In this document: positions 20,298-31,100 of the stretch, piece after piece
How positions within the stretch are numbered: position 1 is the stretch's first letter
Layout: each line of letters starts with the position of its first letter
DNA from: an uncultured delta proteobacterium
Lineage (GTDB): Bacteria > Desulfobacterota > Desulfobacteria > Desulfobacterales > JAHEIW01
Length of the DNA stretch: 64,000 nt
Reading direction: 5' to 3'
NCBI GenBank assembly: GCA_963706575.1
Contig: CAVPNL010000003.1
Location: 480,001 to 544,000, forward strand
The notes under the pieces: generated by a model
Database searches by the model: none
Told to the model about the DNA's origin: nothing
What the model saw: only the letters and a program-made list of their open reading frames with translations
Program-made: the position numbers and the translations under genes

Positions 20298-21335
20298 GTG
20301 GGGCTTCTGATGAATTTTAAAGTAAATTTCCGAAATAAAATGTGGGCGACAATCTTGCTGACAATGCTTCTGGTAATGCCGTTTCCGTCGGCGGCCGCCG
20401 AAAACGAAAAAGTAATCGAGCACGAAACCGGGTTTTACTACACGGTTCAGAAAGGCGACACGCTCTGGGATCTTAGCCGTAAATTTTCTGATTCTGCCTG
20501 GTTATGGCCGGAGATGTGGCAGGAAAACAGTCAGATCGCCAATCCCCATCGTATTTACCCGGGCGAGCGCATCCGCTTGCTCCGTCGAGTCGGCTCTCAA
20601 AAAATCAGTGAAAAGAAAACGGGGGTAGTGCCACCGACTCTGAAAGATCTCATCCACTATGGTTATAGCGCCCTTGACCGTGTCGGTTTTATTCGCAAGC
20701 AAGCGGTGGCGCCACACGGTGCTATTTTTAAGGTGCTGGAATCCAAAGTAATGATCAGCGATGATGACATTGTCTATATCCGCCCGGAAGGTGATTTTAG
20801 GCTGGTACCCGGCAAGCGCTACACCATCTATCGGACGTTAAAGCCGATCAGGGATCGATTCAACAACGAGTATATCGGCATTCAGCACCTGCTGACCGGT
20901 GTGGTCGAGATTACCCAGGTACAGCCAAACTATGCCATCGGAACGATAATCGCATCCTACCGGCCGATTAATCTTGAAGACAAATTAATGCCCTATTACC
21001 GGCGCACACCGGAAATCATTTTAAAAGACAGCCCCAGGGGCCTGGAGGGCAAAATCATTGAAGCCGAAGACCACAACAGAATCATCGGCGACCAGATGAT
21101 CGCCTTTATCGATAAGGGCAAAAAAGACGGAGTATATCCCGGACAATTTTACAACGTATTCCATCAGGCATCAGAGCACCTTAGTCCCAAAAAGCAAGGC
21201 AAAATAATGCTGGTCCCGTTTGATATTGCCGAACTACTGGTCGTTCACACTGAAAACACAACCGCCACGGTGGTCATAACAAAGGCCGATGTAGAATTTG
21301 AAGCGGGCTCAAAAATCCGCTCACCTGCTCCGTAA
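20298..21335 (+). CDS. Exported LysM protein, TsaP-like (type IV pilus secretin-associated)
   Basis: Signal peptide, YTVQKGDTLWDLS...WPEMWQEN..IANPHRIYPG; true start may be 20310 or 20340; adjacent to the pilin clusters. Confidence 0.75.
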   Translation: MGLLMNFKVNFRNKMWATILLTMLLVMPFPSAAAENEKVIEHETGFYYTVQKGDTLWDLSRKFSDSAWLWPEMWQENSQIANPHRIYPGERIRLLRRVGSQKISEKKTGVVPPTLKDLIHYGYSALDRVGFIRKQAVAPHGAIFKVLESKVMISDDDIVYIRPEGDFRLVPGKRYTIYRTLKPIRDRFNNEYIGIQHLLTGVVEITQVQPNYAIGTIIASYRPINLEDKLMPYYRRTPEIILKDSPRGLEGKIIEAEDHNRIIGDQMIAFIDKGKKDGVYPGQFYNVFHQASEHLSPKKQGKIMLVPFDIAELLVVHTENTTATVVITKADVEFEAGSKIRSPAP

Positions 21336-21361
21336 TTCCACGTAAAACATTGACAGCATAT

Positions 21362-21402
21362 AAAAAAAGCGCCTTGCAGCTAAATATGCAAGGCGCTCTT
21401 TT
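21362..21402 (+). terminator. Intrinsic terminator
   Basis: aaaagcgccttgca-gctaaata-tgcaaggcgctctttt. Confidence 0.75.
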
Positions 21403-21406
21403 ACTC

Positions 21407-21554
21407 TAGAAGTGGTTTCAAAACCTCAGATCAGGTCCAAGGGCAAGGCGTCAGGCCGATCGGGAAAGCGCAGCATACATTGGGTATGTGAGCATTTACC
21501 GGAGGCCTGCAACGAAGCCATTGGGCCTTAGATGGGGTTTTGAAACCGCTTCTA
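21407..21554. mobile_element. MITE-like palindromic element family A, full-length
   Basis: tagaagtggtttcaaaacc ... ggttttgaaaccgcttcta; TA at both ends; very similar to 34860-35005. Confidence 0.88.
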
Positions 21555-21596
21555 AAAAATGAGCCCGGCAGAGGCCCATCCCTTGGCCGGCCGGCG

Positions 21597-24500
21597 CTAT
21601 TCGCTGAGCTCCATCCAGTAGGCGATACCGGTTTTGGCCGGTTTTTCGGTGATCGCGATAATACCGCCGCCGGAGGAGCTCATATATTTCTTCTCTCTTT
21701 CCTCGTCCAGTTTGATGATGGCCGGCGGTTGAATAAGGCCCGTCAGCTTTAAGCCGGATGGCGGAACTTTAACCGTCTTTCCATCGATTTCGACTTCGAC
21801 CATGTCTTGCTCATCAACGACACCATCATCATTAATATCAAACTGAATGGCCCCGATCGAACCGCCGGTGAAGGCATTGAGTTCCATAAAAACAGAGTTG
21901 CCCCCCGAGCTGCAACGGCTTTGTTCGGGAATAAAGCCGATGACGATCAAAATGCCATCTCTCAATATGACGTCGCCGATGACCCGCTCCCCGGGATAAA
22001 TGTTTAGATCCAGGTACCAGCCGGCATTATTGACGTTGTCGTCAGTTGGATCGGGCAATTGATTGGCCGGGTTATCGAAATCCGGCTCGGTATCCCAGAC
22101 CGGTTGGCCTTCAGTCAAGACCCGAACCGTTAATCCGGTTCCGGCGGAATCGACCTCAAAATCAGTTGCCGTCTGTCTCAACAGCTGCACTTGTTCTGAA
22201 AGATAGGGATTGGAAAGTTGTCTGCCGGCTTCGTTTCGACTCTGAAATAATCCCAGATATTCATTGTCGCTATCCAGGCTCCAGCCGTCGACGGGCTGAA
22301 AGACCGTGTCGCCGTAATCCCAGAGACCGTAAATTGTCTGAGTCTGAATATCTGAATAATCATCGAGGCCCAGGAATTTTCCGGTTCCGAAACAGACCAT
22401 CAAACCGCGCTCTTGAGGGTGGAACATGACATCCGGCCTGGAGGTGATGGGCTGGGGGGCGCCCGCCGGGTCTCTGGCCACAAAAAGGGACGCCGCTTTA
22501 CCGCCGCCGTCTTTAAAAGCCACACCCCAGTTTATGACCTGGTTGCTGATTAAATCAAATTTCCAGAGGTTGCCTTTGAGATCACCGGCATAGACGAAAT
22601 CCACCACGTCATCTTGGTTTACGTCAACGGCAATCGGGCTGGAGAGGCCATTGTCGGGCCCGCTCGCGGTTGCGATTTTTTTAATGACAGCACCCGTAAT
22701 GGCATCCAGGATAAACAGCACCGCGTCACCGTTTGGGCTGTTGTAACCGTTTCCGGTGATTACGACCCAGGAAGGCGCTGGCTTGTAAGACCGCACCACC
22801 GCAGGCTTGCTGAATGAATACCCCATATCCGCCGCATCCTCCGCCGATGTATCCTGGCGCGGAAACTCCCACAAGACCTGACCAGCGCTCATGGCAAGCG
22901 GGTTCGTAATGTCTAGCGCAAAATACCCCATAGCGCCTTTGCCCAAACCGCCCACCAGTATCGCCTGGTCGCCGGCTCGGCCCAGGAGGTTTTGGCCCTT
23001 TTGCACCGTGGGTGTCAGGTCCACATAAAAGCGGTGGTCGTAATTTATATCTATAAGGTCCCTGAGGTATTCAGTTACCAGATAGGGCACATAACCAAAG
23101 ATTTCGGTTCCGTCGCCGGCTTTAAATGCATGCAGCATGCCGTCGTTGGCGCCCACATAGACAACGTCATCGATAAAAACGGGCGAGGAGTGCACAATAT
23201 CTCCCAGCATGTTGGCTCGATTGCCGTCGCTGTCAGGGTCTTTGCCCCGGATAAATTCGACAACCTTCTCCGCCTCCGGGCCCAGTTTGTCTTTCTGGTC
23301 GCCGGTTAATTCGGTGTATTCAAACAACTGGCCCGATTGATCGCCATTAAAGGTCAGGATTTTGCGGCTGCTCCATGGTGTGGCCTGAAGTTTCTCGGCC
23401 GCAGACCATTTTACATCCTGCGGGGCTGTCAACACCTCTCCTGATACCGGATCAATACCATAAGCTTTTACATCCCCGCCCCATTCGTTATCGATGTAAC
23501 TGTAGCTCCCCTGAAAAATAAGAACATGCGGTCCGATTTTGCCGTACAGATAGTCTCCATTGACCGTCACCGCGGCGACGGATGTCGGCTGCCGTTCCTT
23601 GATGTCTTTGATAATTCCCAGCAGTCCCTCCACCAGCTTCTGGGGCTCGCCGGCGTTGACAAACACGCCCCTGCCGTTTACCGTGGCGTGCCACAGATCA
23701 TCGATGGATTCAGGCTGGCGGTCGCCGGTCACCTCGGGCCATTCCACGTATTCACCGCTGGTTTTTGATTTCATATAGTCTGCGCTGGTGCGGTCATCTT
23801 CATACGCTTCCGGATCGAGGGTTCCGGAAACCCCGAAGGCCACCGCAAAGGTGACCATATGCTGATGAGGCGCCTTATCCCATTTATTTGTCGGCACCTT
23901 ATCATCCATTGCAGGGATCAGGTCGGTCGCATAATAGTACATGGCAATATCGGCCAGGGTAACATCGTATGTATCGGTATAGGGCTGTTTACCGCCGCCC
24001 CACGCTTCGTTATCCGTGTCGCCATCGGCATTGCCCACCGTCGACGGGTTATAACTCCGGTCACTATAGTACCCGTCGGTGACAATGATCGTAAACGACT
24101 GTTGGCAATCCCCCCCATCTGCCGGATAGGGCGGATCCCCTTCCTCTCCCGCCAGGTTTCCGTCGTTGACCCGAAAGTACTCACCGACCTTTCGCAGGCC
24201 TGTCTTTAAGGGCGTGCCGCCACTGGATCGATAGGCATACAGGGTTTCTATGAGCGTATCGGATTCATCTTTGAATTCGCCGCTGATGACCGCTTCAATC
24301 GGTTTTAGCGGCGCAACAATTCTGCTGTTGATCCCCAAAATTCCAACGCGTACACCGTCCAGGTTACGAATGACCCGGGCAATGGCGGCCTTGGCCACAA
24401 ATTCGCGCCGGCGGTGATACGTAAACCAGTTGGCAAAATTCTGACGATCCTCGTCATAGGACCGCTGAATGTCGGCCGGTGCATCTGAAACCGATACGGG

Positions 24501-25232
24501 CGTAACCATTTCAATCTTGTCATTGGGTTCGAGGCCATCGTCGGTCGTAAAGGTATAATAAGAAATAGCACCTTTTTCCAGGATCACCAGGTAAGCGGTT
24601 CCATTGGTGGACTTCACGAAATAATGGGACCACGCAATCTTGAGATTGCCATCATCCGTTCCATTACCATCATTGTCTATGTCGACCGTAAATGACTCCT
24701 TATCCAGGTCGAGGGTTTTGGTCTGCAGGGGATGAACCAGAGGGTCATCGGGATCTGCCGCCGAAAAGATTTTATTATTATGGTCCGGCCAGGGCTCGTA
24801 AACGATATTGGGGTTGTAGTAAACCGCGTTGACTTCATGCCACCGGGAACGCCAGTATTTCCGGTCCTCCTTCTCCATATGTCTCCCAGCGTCCGTATAA
24901 TTATAACCATCACCCATGTTATCGAAAACATAACAGAACCCATCTGTATCTGAACGATCCGGATTCGGGAATTTTCCATCATATTCTCCCCGGACCAGGA
25001 TTTCATAGGTCATGCTGCCGGAATCATCCTGCAGGATCATCAGGTTGGTGGGCGGCGGATTGATCTTGGTAAACAGCGGCGCATCCGCCAGATCAACTGC
25101 GCCGTCTGCCGCCAGGGCGCCGAAAAACAGGACAACGGCCGTGAGTACGCAAAACCCAATGGCCAGTACCCGCAGTTCGCGCCCGGATCTTAATCTATGC
25201 AGGCAAGTGTTCAAATCGTTGGAATTAACCAT
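21597..25232 (-). CDS. pilY1: PilY1/PilC-type pilus tip adhesin, copy 1 (vWA-like N-domain + beta-propeller)
   Basis: DDSGSM MIDAS-like motif, LGDIVHSSP, VGANDGMLHAF, DVNQDDVVD Ca-loop, YAGDLKGNLWKFD; start set at ATG 25232 after aggaga. Confidence 0.9.
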   Translation of the reverse strand: MVNSNDLNTCLHRLRSGRELRVLAIGFCVLTAVVLFFGALAADGAVDLADAPLFTKINPPPTNLMILQDDSGSMTYEILVRGEYDGKFPNPDRSDTDGFCYVFDNMGDGYNYTDAGRHMEKEDRKYWRSRWHEVNAVYYNPNIVYEPWPDHNNKIFSAADPDDPLVHPLQTKTLDLDKESFTVDIDNDGNGTDDGNLKIAWSHYFVKSTNGTAYLVILEKGAISYYTFTTDDGLEPNDKIEMVTPVSVSDAPADIQRSYDEDRQNFANWFTYHRRREFVAKAAIARVIRNLDGVRVGILGINSRIVAPLKPIEAVISGEFKDESDTLIETLYAYRSSGGTPLKTGLRKVGEYFRVNDGNLAGEEGDPPYPADGGDCQQSFTIIVTDGYYSDRSYNPSTVGNADGDTDNEAWGGGKQPYTDTYDVTLADIAMYYYATDLIPAMDDKVPTNKWDKAPHQHMVTFAVAFGVSGTLDPEAYEDDRTSADYMKSKTSGEYVEWPEVTGDRQPESIDDLWHATVNGRGVFVNAGEPQKLVEGLLGIIKDIKERQPTSVAAVTVNGDYLYGKIGPHVLIFQGSYSYIDNEWGGDVKAYGIDPVSGEVLTAPQDVKWSAAEKLQATPWSSRKILTFNGDQSGQLFEYTELTGDQKDKLGPEAEKVVEFIRGKDPDSDGNRANMLGDIVHSSPVFIDDVVYVGANDGMLHAFKAGDGTEIFGYVPYLVTEYLRDLIDINYDHRFYVDLTPTVQKGQNLLGRAGDQAILVGGLGKGAMGYFALDITNPLAMSAGQVLWEFPRQDTSAEDAADMGYSFSKPAVVRSYKPAPSWVVITGNGYNSPNGDAVLFILDAITGAVIKKIATASGPDNGLSSPIAVDVNQDDVVDFVYAGDLKGNLWKFDLISNQVINWGVAFKDGGGKAASLFVARDPAGAPQPITSRPDVMFHPQERGLMVCFGTGKFLGLDDYSDIQTQTIYGLWDYGDTVFQPVDGWSLDSDNEYLGLFQSRNEAGRQLSNPYLSEQVQLLRQTATDFEVDSAGTGLTVRVLTEGQPVWDTEPDFDNPANQLPDPTDDNVNNAGWYLDLNIYPGERVIGDVILRDGILIVIGFIPEQSRCSSGGNSVFMELNAFTGGSIGAIQFDINDDGVVDEQDMVEVEIDGKTVKVPPSGLKLTGLIQPPAIIKLDEEREKKYMSSSGGGIIAITEKPAKTGIAYWMELSE

Positions 25233-25261
25233 GGAATATCTCCTGCAACGCATTTCTGGTG

Positions 25262-25789
25262 CTAAAATGCCCTGCGATAACCGATTTTTATGGTGGTTAC
25301 GCCCTGCTTTTCGGTGCGGCCGTAAATGACAAATCCATGCACTTTGGGTTGGCCCAGACCCAGTGAATAACCCGGAGGGGTTCCCTCGTAACCGGCTCTA
25401 AAACGGGTTTTGTTGCTGGAATCCAGGCTCGTTGCAACCGGCAGAGAGTTTGCCTCCCAGTCCGTTTTAAAATTCTCATCATCAATCGCTTTAATCCCCG
25501 GATCAACAAACGACAACCCTCTGGGGTTGGGATCATTGTGTAGCACGTCAACCGCTTGCATGGCGGCCCCTTCAGCCAGATACAAATTGCGCTGGTAGAC
25601 TGCGTCATTACCCGCAATCTGGACCTCGGTGTTGGCGGTATTGGTGGCCGCGATGCTGATAATCGTCAGCAGGGCCAGCAGCATAATGGTCGACATGATC
25701 AGAAAATAACCCTGCTCATTTTTTAACGGCTTCATCAGGTTCGACATGACGCTTTTGTCCTTATTCAATGAAATATCATTATAAACCAA
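25262..25789 (-). CDS. pilX: Minor pilin PilX-like, cluster 1
   Basis: NEQG|YFLIMST prepilin site without Glu5; E..IAGN...NLYLAEGA. Confidence 0.8.
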   Translation of the reverse strand: MVYNDISLNKDKSVMSNLMKPLKNEQGYFLIMSTIMLLALLTIISIAATNTANTEVQIAGNDAVYQRNLYLAEGAAMQAVDVLHNDPNPRGLSFVDPGIKAIDDENFKTDWEANSLPVATSLDSSNKTRFRAGYEGTPPGYSLGLGQPKVHGFVIYGRTEKQGVTTIKIGYRRAF

Positions 25790-26492
25790 TGTTGCGGCAC
25801 CTGACCCGCGTGGAATAGGTCCGGCTTACCGTTCCGCCGCGACCCGCCGGTTCCTGCATGGTCAGGGAAATCTCAACTGTCGCAATCCTGCCGGGATCGG
25901 TTGTCGGGTCGTTATTTCTGTCAAAATAATTAAAAGTGAGGGCTGAAACATTATTTTCCGTAAGGGATTCCCAAATAGGACCATCTATACCGCTTGCACC
26001 CCTGTATTTTTCTATGGCACCACCATTCAGCCGGTAGGCAATGAGCTCGTTTTCAATATTATCGTCCTCGTCCGGACATTTGATGGTCCCATCAGCGGCT
26101 CTGCAATTATCAATCCGGCCATCCATATCCGCATCCATGGTGAAAGCAATCTGGGTTGCATCCGTATCTGCGACCTCGCCGTTGTGGGCATCGTCAAAAA
26201 CGCTGGTATCATCAAAATTAGGCAGAATTGCGGCCGCGGCGCTCCCACCGGGATCAAAGCCCGCCATACGAATTTGCTGAATCATCAGCTCAATGCCGGC
26301 GCGCGCAACCTGCTGCACGTCGGCGGCGACGTTCTGCGTCGTATAGGATCGTCCCATAGTGGTAAAAAGGCTGACCGTGGCCGCCATCAGCACCGATGCC
26401 ATAGCAAGCCCCACCAGAATATCCACCAGCGTAAAGCCTTTCTGGCAGCCGGTGAGGCGAATTTTCTTGCGAACAAATCCGATCTCGATCAT
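25779..26492 (-). CDS. pilW: Minor pilin PilW-like, cluster 1
   Basis: QKG|FTLVDIL, QQIRMAGFDP, C-terminal RVRCRN; ATGA overlap with pilV. Confidence 0.82.
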   Translation of the reverse strand: MIEIGFVRKKIRLTGCQKGFTLVDILVGLAMASVLMAATVSLFTTMGRSYTTQNVAADVQQVARAGIELMIQQIRMAGFDPGGSAAAAILPNFDDTSVFDDAHNGEVADTDATQIAFTMDADMDGRIDNCRAADGTIKCPDEDDNIENELIAYRLNGGAIEKYRGASGIDGPIWESLTENNVSALTFNYFDRNNDPTTDPGRIATVEISLTMQEPAGRGGTVSRTYSTRVRCRNIGL

Positions 26493-26917
26493 GTCCCGTT
26501 CCCCTTTGTCAGCGTAGTCAATACAACGCTGCGGTCCCGGCCCCGCCACGACCAGTTGACGGTCACCTGAATTTCTCTGGAGGTATTGAAGCCCAGCGCA
26601 TCTTGAATCGTCCAGGTGCGCGTGTAAATGCCCCCCGGGTTGCCGTTTCCATCCCAGGGCCCATCGCTGAATGTCTGAAGCGTTTGAGGCAGCGTCGTGA
26701 TGTCAGGTGTGCTTTTCAGCAGTTCCATCTGTTGTCTGGCCAGCATGTTGGCCTGGGTCATGAGATTGCCGTTGGTATTGTTGCGGGTGGCCGAAAATAC
26801 AAGGGTGGCCACCGCTAAAAATCCGATGGCAAATATGGCAATCGAAACCAGGGCTTCAATCATCATGTAGCCTTTAGGATTTTTCACACAGACGCCATTT
26901 AATTCTATCCGTTTCAT
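26489..26917 (-). CDS. pilV: Minor pilin PilV-like, cluster 1
   Basis: PKG|YMMIEALVSIAIFAIGFLA, QANMLARQQMELL, YTRTWTI. Confidence 0.82.
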   Translation of the reverse strand: MKRIELNGVCVKNPKGYMMIEALVSIAIFAIGFLAVATLVFSATRNNTNGNLMTQANMLARQQMELLKSTPDITTLPQTLQTFSDGPWDGNGNPGGIYTRTWTIQDALGFNTSREIQVTVNWSWRGRDRSVVLTTLTKGNGT

Positions 26918-26931
26918 TTTTTCCCCCAGAA

Positions 26932-27387
26932 TTATTCAACGCGAATTCGCCCTAAAGTGCTGACGATTATATTTTTTTGGTCGCCTTTGGTGTTCACCAG
27001 CACGGCACTGCCGGCTACCGGAATTCCCCTGCCGTTGAAGCGGGTTTTGTCCCCCATCGTGCCAAAACTGGTGCCGTCCAGATCAAGCCTGACACCGGCG
27101 GGCAATTGCCGGTTGCGAAGTGTTCTGGCGTTTCCATCTTTATCCGTATAGGTAACCTGATAATTTGTCGCGGTGAAAGTGACCGTTACCGGCGTTCTTT
27201 CCCGGACGGCTCTTGCCTTGGACATTTCTAAATCACCTTTCAAGTTGCCGGCAGCGCCTCTTAATTTGGCATTACTGCGCCAGCTGATGATGTTGGGCGT
27301 GACAATTGCCGACACCACGGCAATAACGGCGATGACGACCAGAAGCTCGAAAAGTGAAAACCCCCCATTTTTTTTCATGATCTCCAT
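26932..27387 (-). CDS. FimT/FimU (GspH-like) minor pilin, cluster 1
   Basis: NGG|FSLFELLVV, LEMSKARAV, RFNGRG, TLGRIRV. Confidence 0.85.
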   Translation of the reverse strand: MEIMKKNGGFSLFELLVVIAVIAVVSAIVTPNIISWRSNAKLRGAAGNLKGDLEMSKARAVRERTPVTVTFTATNYQVTYTDKDGNARTLRNRQLPAGVRLDLDGTSFGTMGDKTRFNGRGIPVAGSAVLVNTKGDQKNIIVSTLGRIRVE

Positions 27388-27397
27388 TCTCCATGGG

Positions 27398-27436
27398 AAA
27401 AAAAAACCGGATGCCCTTTTCCCTCAGGCAACCCGG
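27398..27436 (-). terminator. Riboswitch expression-platform terminator
   Basis: Minus strand ccgggttgcc...ggcatccgg + T9, overlapping the 3' strand of the aptamer. Confidence 0.75.
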
Positions 27437-27505
27437 CTATCCGTCTTATGACGGACCCGCAGCTTTCCGTCTCCCGATTACTCGGGATTTGGCTTTATCA
27501 CGGGG
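27422..27505 (-). ncRNA. c-di-GMP-I (GEMM) riboswitch
   Basis: Minus strand gataaag-cc-aaa-tcccga-gtaa-tcggga-gac-gg-aaag-ctgcgggtccgtc-ataa-gacggatagccgggttgcc matches GEMM P2 (GNRA loop), the AAAG junction and P3. Confidence 0.88.
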
Positions 27506-27644
27506 TGATAGAAAAAGTCCTCAAAAGGGGTCTCCCGGCTCCCCCCGAAGGCTTTATTTTATTGCTTTGGTAAATTTGCATCCATAGCGTATTGAGCGAA
27601 AGTAAATTCTATAAACATAGAATATCCAAGCATCCGGGAAAAAA

Positions 27645-27671
27645 ATTATAGTAAAAACGTTCGCGTGTCAA
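27645..27671 (-). promoter_or_regulatory. Sigma70-type promoter candidate for pilin cluster 1
   Basis: TTGACA-15 nt-TATAAT (alternatively 17 nt-TAATTT) upstream of the riboswitch. Confidence 0.55.
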
Positions 27672-28168
27672 TAAAAAGTCCGACAAAATGTCATATAACT
27701 AATAAGAATTAAAAGAAAATTTAGACTTCTTCTCAAAAAGCTGATTCGAATTAAAAACTCTGAAGCCCATTTTTTTGCCGGCGGCCGGATATTCAATCCA
27801 GGCATGATTATAGTGCCGATGAGCACGGACCGCTGCAAACAAATGGGCCGGACTGTCTTTACTGGTTATTGGCTCGCAAGAAATATACCAAAACTTACTA
27901 ATTCAAAATTAATATAATTTTCAATAGCTTAAAAACAATGTGAAAAAAAGTTCCACTTTCAAAACCGTATAAATGTGTAATTTAGGTAACAAAGATATGC
28001 AATTTTGTGTAATAAAAGTAAGAATCCTTTGTTATGCGGAAGGAATGGGACATGTTTTATCTTGGCGATAAGATGTGATCAATGCGATTCATCACTCCCC
28101 CGGCAGGGACATACAATTTCATGCATGTCCCCCGGGGGTTTTTGATGGTATTCAGCTCCAATCAATCC

Positions 28169-31100
28169 TTAGTTAAAAATTTGTTGCCACCATAAATAAA
28201 AGAAATTGCGTTTTGGATAAAGCGGATCGAGGGCAACAATACCCGCACTGACGGATTGACTCGCCGCATTCGGATTGGTGCTTCCGACCGATATAAAAAG
28301 CTTTGTATTTTCAGCAGTAATTACAGTTACCGGCTTGGAAGGGATGCCACCGCCTATAAGAACGCTGCGGGTTAAATCATCGTCGCCATCGCCGTCGGTA
28401 TCCGTAAATGCAATAACCGCAGCGCCGGTCTTGTATTCTATGGCATAGAGGCGTGCAATTCCGCCAGGTACGCAGGGATTGTCATTCGGGGTAAAGGTCG
28501 TCACATAATAAGTTTTATAAAATACGACACCCCGTGCCAGTACCTTTTCGCCTTCTGGCGCACCCAGAGTGTCGACAAAGCGAATAAACCAGCCTTGATC
28601 GGGGTTGCCGTCCTGATTTGCATCACCATTGGGGTCGTCAAGATTCGGCACGGGGTCCGCTGGATCGGTCACATCAACGAGATCGGCTTCAGTAAAGGGG
28701 GTCGTTCCGTGCGCATCCCTCATAGCGTAAATTCGATCCGCGCCGACATCCGTATCGCAGGCATTCTCACGATCTCCGGTTCCCGCATATATCAGATCAT
28801 ATCCTTTTTCCAGCGTCACGCTCGGCGGATAGTAAAATTTGCGCGTATAGGTTGTTGAATCAACATCATATGTCGGTGCTGTGAATAAAATCTGGCCTAC
28901 CCAGCTTTGGATGTTCTCGTTACAGTCGGGGAAACTCAAGGGATCGTTAGCGGAATCGGTCGTAACCTGACCGAAACGCCACATCTGCCCGCCCAGGTCG
29001 CCAACATAGATTTTATCCACAAAACCGTTGCCGTCTTCATCGACAACTTTAACGGTGCTGGGCACGCTGTAATTCATTCCGGCGGTGAATTTTTTGACCA
29101 CCGCACCTGTAAATACATTTACGGCAACCATTGTTTTTCCGGCCGAGTTATCGGCACTGTATCCGCCCCCGATAAAGCATACCACCGTGCCGGTGGTATC
29201 GTTAGCGGTGGTTTTCACCCGGCCGAATTCGGGTTCAGACCAGCTCTGACCGAGCTCCGGAATAACCACATCCGGATCGGTAGAGGTCATGGAAACAATT
29301 TTACCCCAGACAAAGGGCCCCGTGGCCCCATTTCCGAAGTCCCAGTCCTGGTACATACCGCTCGTCAGGTTGCCCAGCCATTGACCTGGATAAAAATGCC
29401 GTGTTCGATTATCGAAGGTGACAAAAACATTGTCGAATTCATCGCTAACCACGATGGCGGCATCAAGCCATTGACCGACACCTTCCCAATACCCATTCCA
29501 CAATCTGAGGCTATCTCCAGCCTGAAATGAGCCGCCAGCATAGCGGTATATGTTTGAAAGTTGTACCGTACCGGTTTCGGCATCATTTGCGTTTCCGATG
29601 CGCCACAGGTATTTGGGTATGTTAGGATCGGTGACATCCAGCGCAAAATAGCTCGAACCGCCTTTGCGCAGACCGCAAACCAGAATGACCTTGTCCCCGT
29701 CGGCGGAATCAACGCGTCCGTCCTCATCCACATCATGAAAATAGATCTTGGGGCTCGAATCAACATAATCTTCGTGAGTAGATCCTTCCAGAAGGTACTT
29801 TAAGCGATTGAGCTGATCCGGTGGAATAAAGGCCCAGGCTTCCGTGCCATAGTTGACTTCGTCACCGGAAATATTCACATTCGGATCAATGTCATCCAAA
29901 ACCGCATGCAGCATGCCGTCGTTGGCCCCGAAGAAAACCAGGGTCTTGGCGCTGCCGTCGGCATACTGATAGGTAAAGACCAACGGCTCGCTGTGCAGCA
30001 CATCAGCCGGTGATAACCGACCGGTTTTCAGTCGACATCCGTGTCCCCATCCTCATCCAGCACATCGGCCCCACGGAAGTAGTTGATTACCTTGTCTTTG
30101 CCGGTAACGGGATTGCCATTTACGCTAATATCGGTGGGATGACCCAGTATCATGTCCGTCAAATTGGTGTTGTCGGCGGCAAAGCGATTGGCTGAATCGG
30201 TTAGATTGTCTGTTGCTCCCAAATAGGAATAAATCTTACGGTTGCTGTTGTGGATCCCGTTGCTTTTGGAAATATCGGCCCAGTCAATGGTCGACCAGTA
30301 GGGTTTGGCAGTATCGCGCATGGATCCATTTGGCCAGGTGGCCGGATTTCCGTCGCTGCCGATAATTTCATTCGCCGCGTTGAGGCCGAATTTGGTTACA
30401 TTGCCTTCCCAGAAATTCTCCTCCAGCGGTTTAAAGAACGCCATGTAGATTTTATTGCCGCTGGTGGTGCGGGTGACCGGAACCACCGGTGCGGTAAAAG
30501 AGCTGGTGCGCGAAATAATGCTGTTGACGGCATCCAGAATGGCCTGGGACAGCCCGCCCGCCGAGGTGGCCTCGAAGTGATATTTGCCGTATTCCGGATC
30601 GGCGCTGTCGGCTAAATTGGTGTTGCCGTTGCCGTTATTGGATGTGTTTATCAAAAGCAATCGGCTTTCGATGGTGGCCATAAATCCGACCGTGTAGGTC
30701 GTGACGTTCTGGAAGCCGTCGGTTTTGTCATTGGCAACGCGCATATCGTTGGCGTGAAAATAGCTGGCCACATCATCCATATAGGTCGAGCCGTTGATGT
30801 TGGTGGTAATCGTGTATGTAGTCCCATCAATTGTCAGGGTTCCCTGACCCGGATTGTCATTTTCGCCGTATCCGTCGCTGCCGTCTTGATCGTGATCGAT
30901 CAAATCGCTCGGCTTGGTCTGGCTTAATCCACTGGATGTGTCTTCGGAAGACATGCCGGGGGTAATCACAATCACGAAATTTTTCTGGCAGTGATTGGTG
31001 GCGTCGGGCTCTCCGGATGAGTTTGAGTTCAAATACCCGCCGATCCTGGCCATACCCTCGGCCAGGGGAGAATAGATGACAGTACCCATATTGTTGATAT

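Noticed and set aside
27422..27505. c-AMP-GMP (GEMM-Ib) specificity
   Set aside because: The position-20 equivalent is G rather than A by my manual alignment
27516..27562. Second tandem GEMM aptamer (shares ATAAAGCC and CGGGAGAC with the real one)
   Set aside because: The P2 stem, AAAG junction and P3 cannot be formed
30001..30030. Programmed frameshift or two-gene PilY1
   Set aside because: No slippery sequence; two separate +1 events within ~25 nt and similar indels elsewhere favour error
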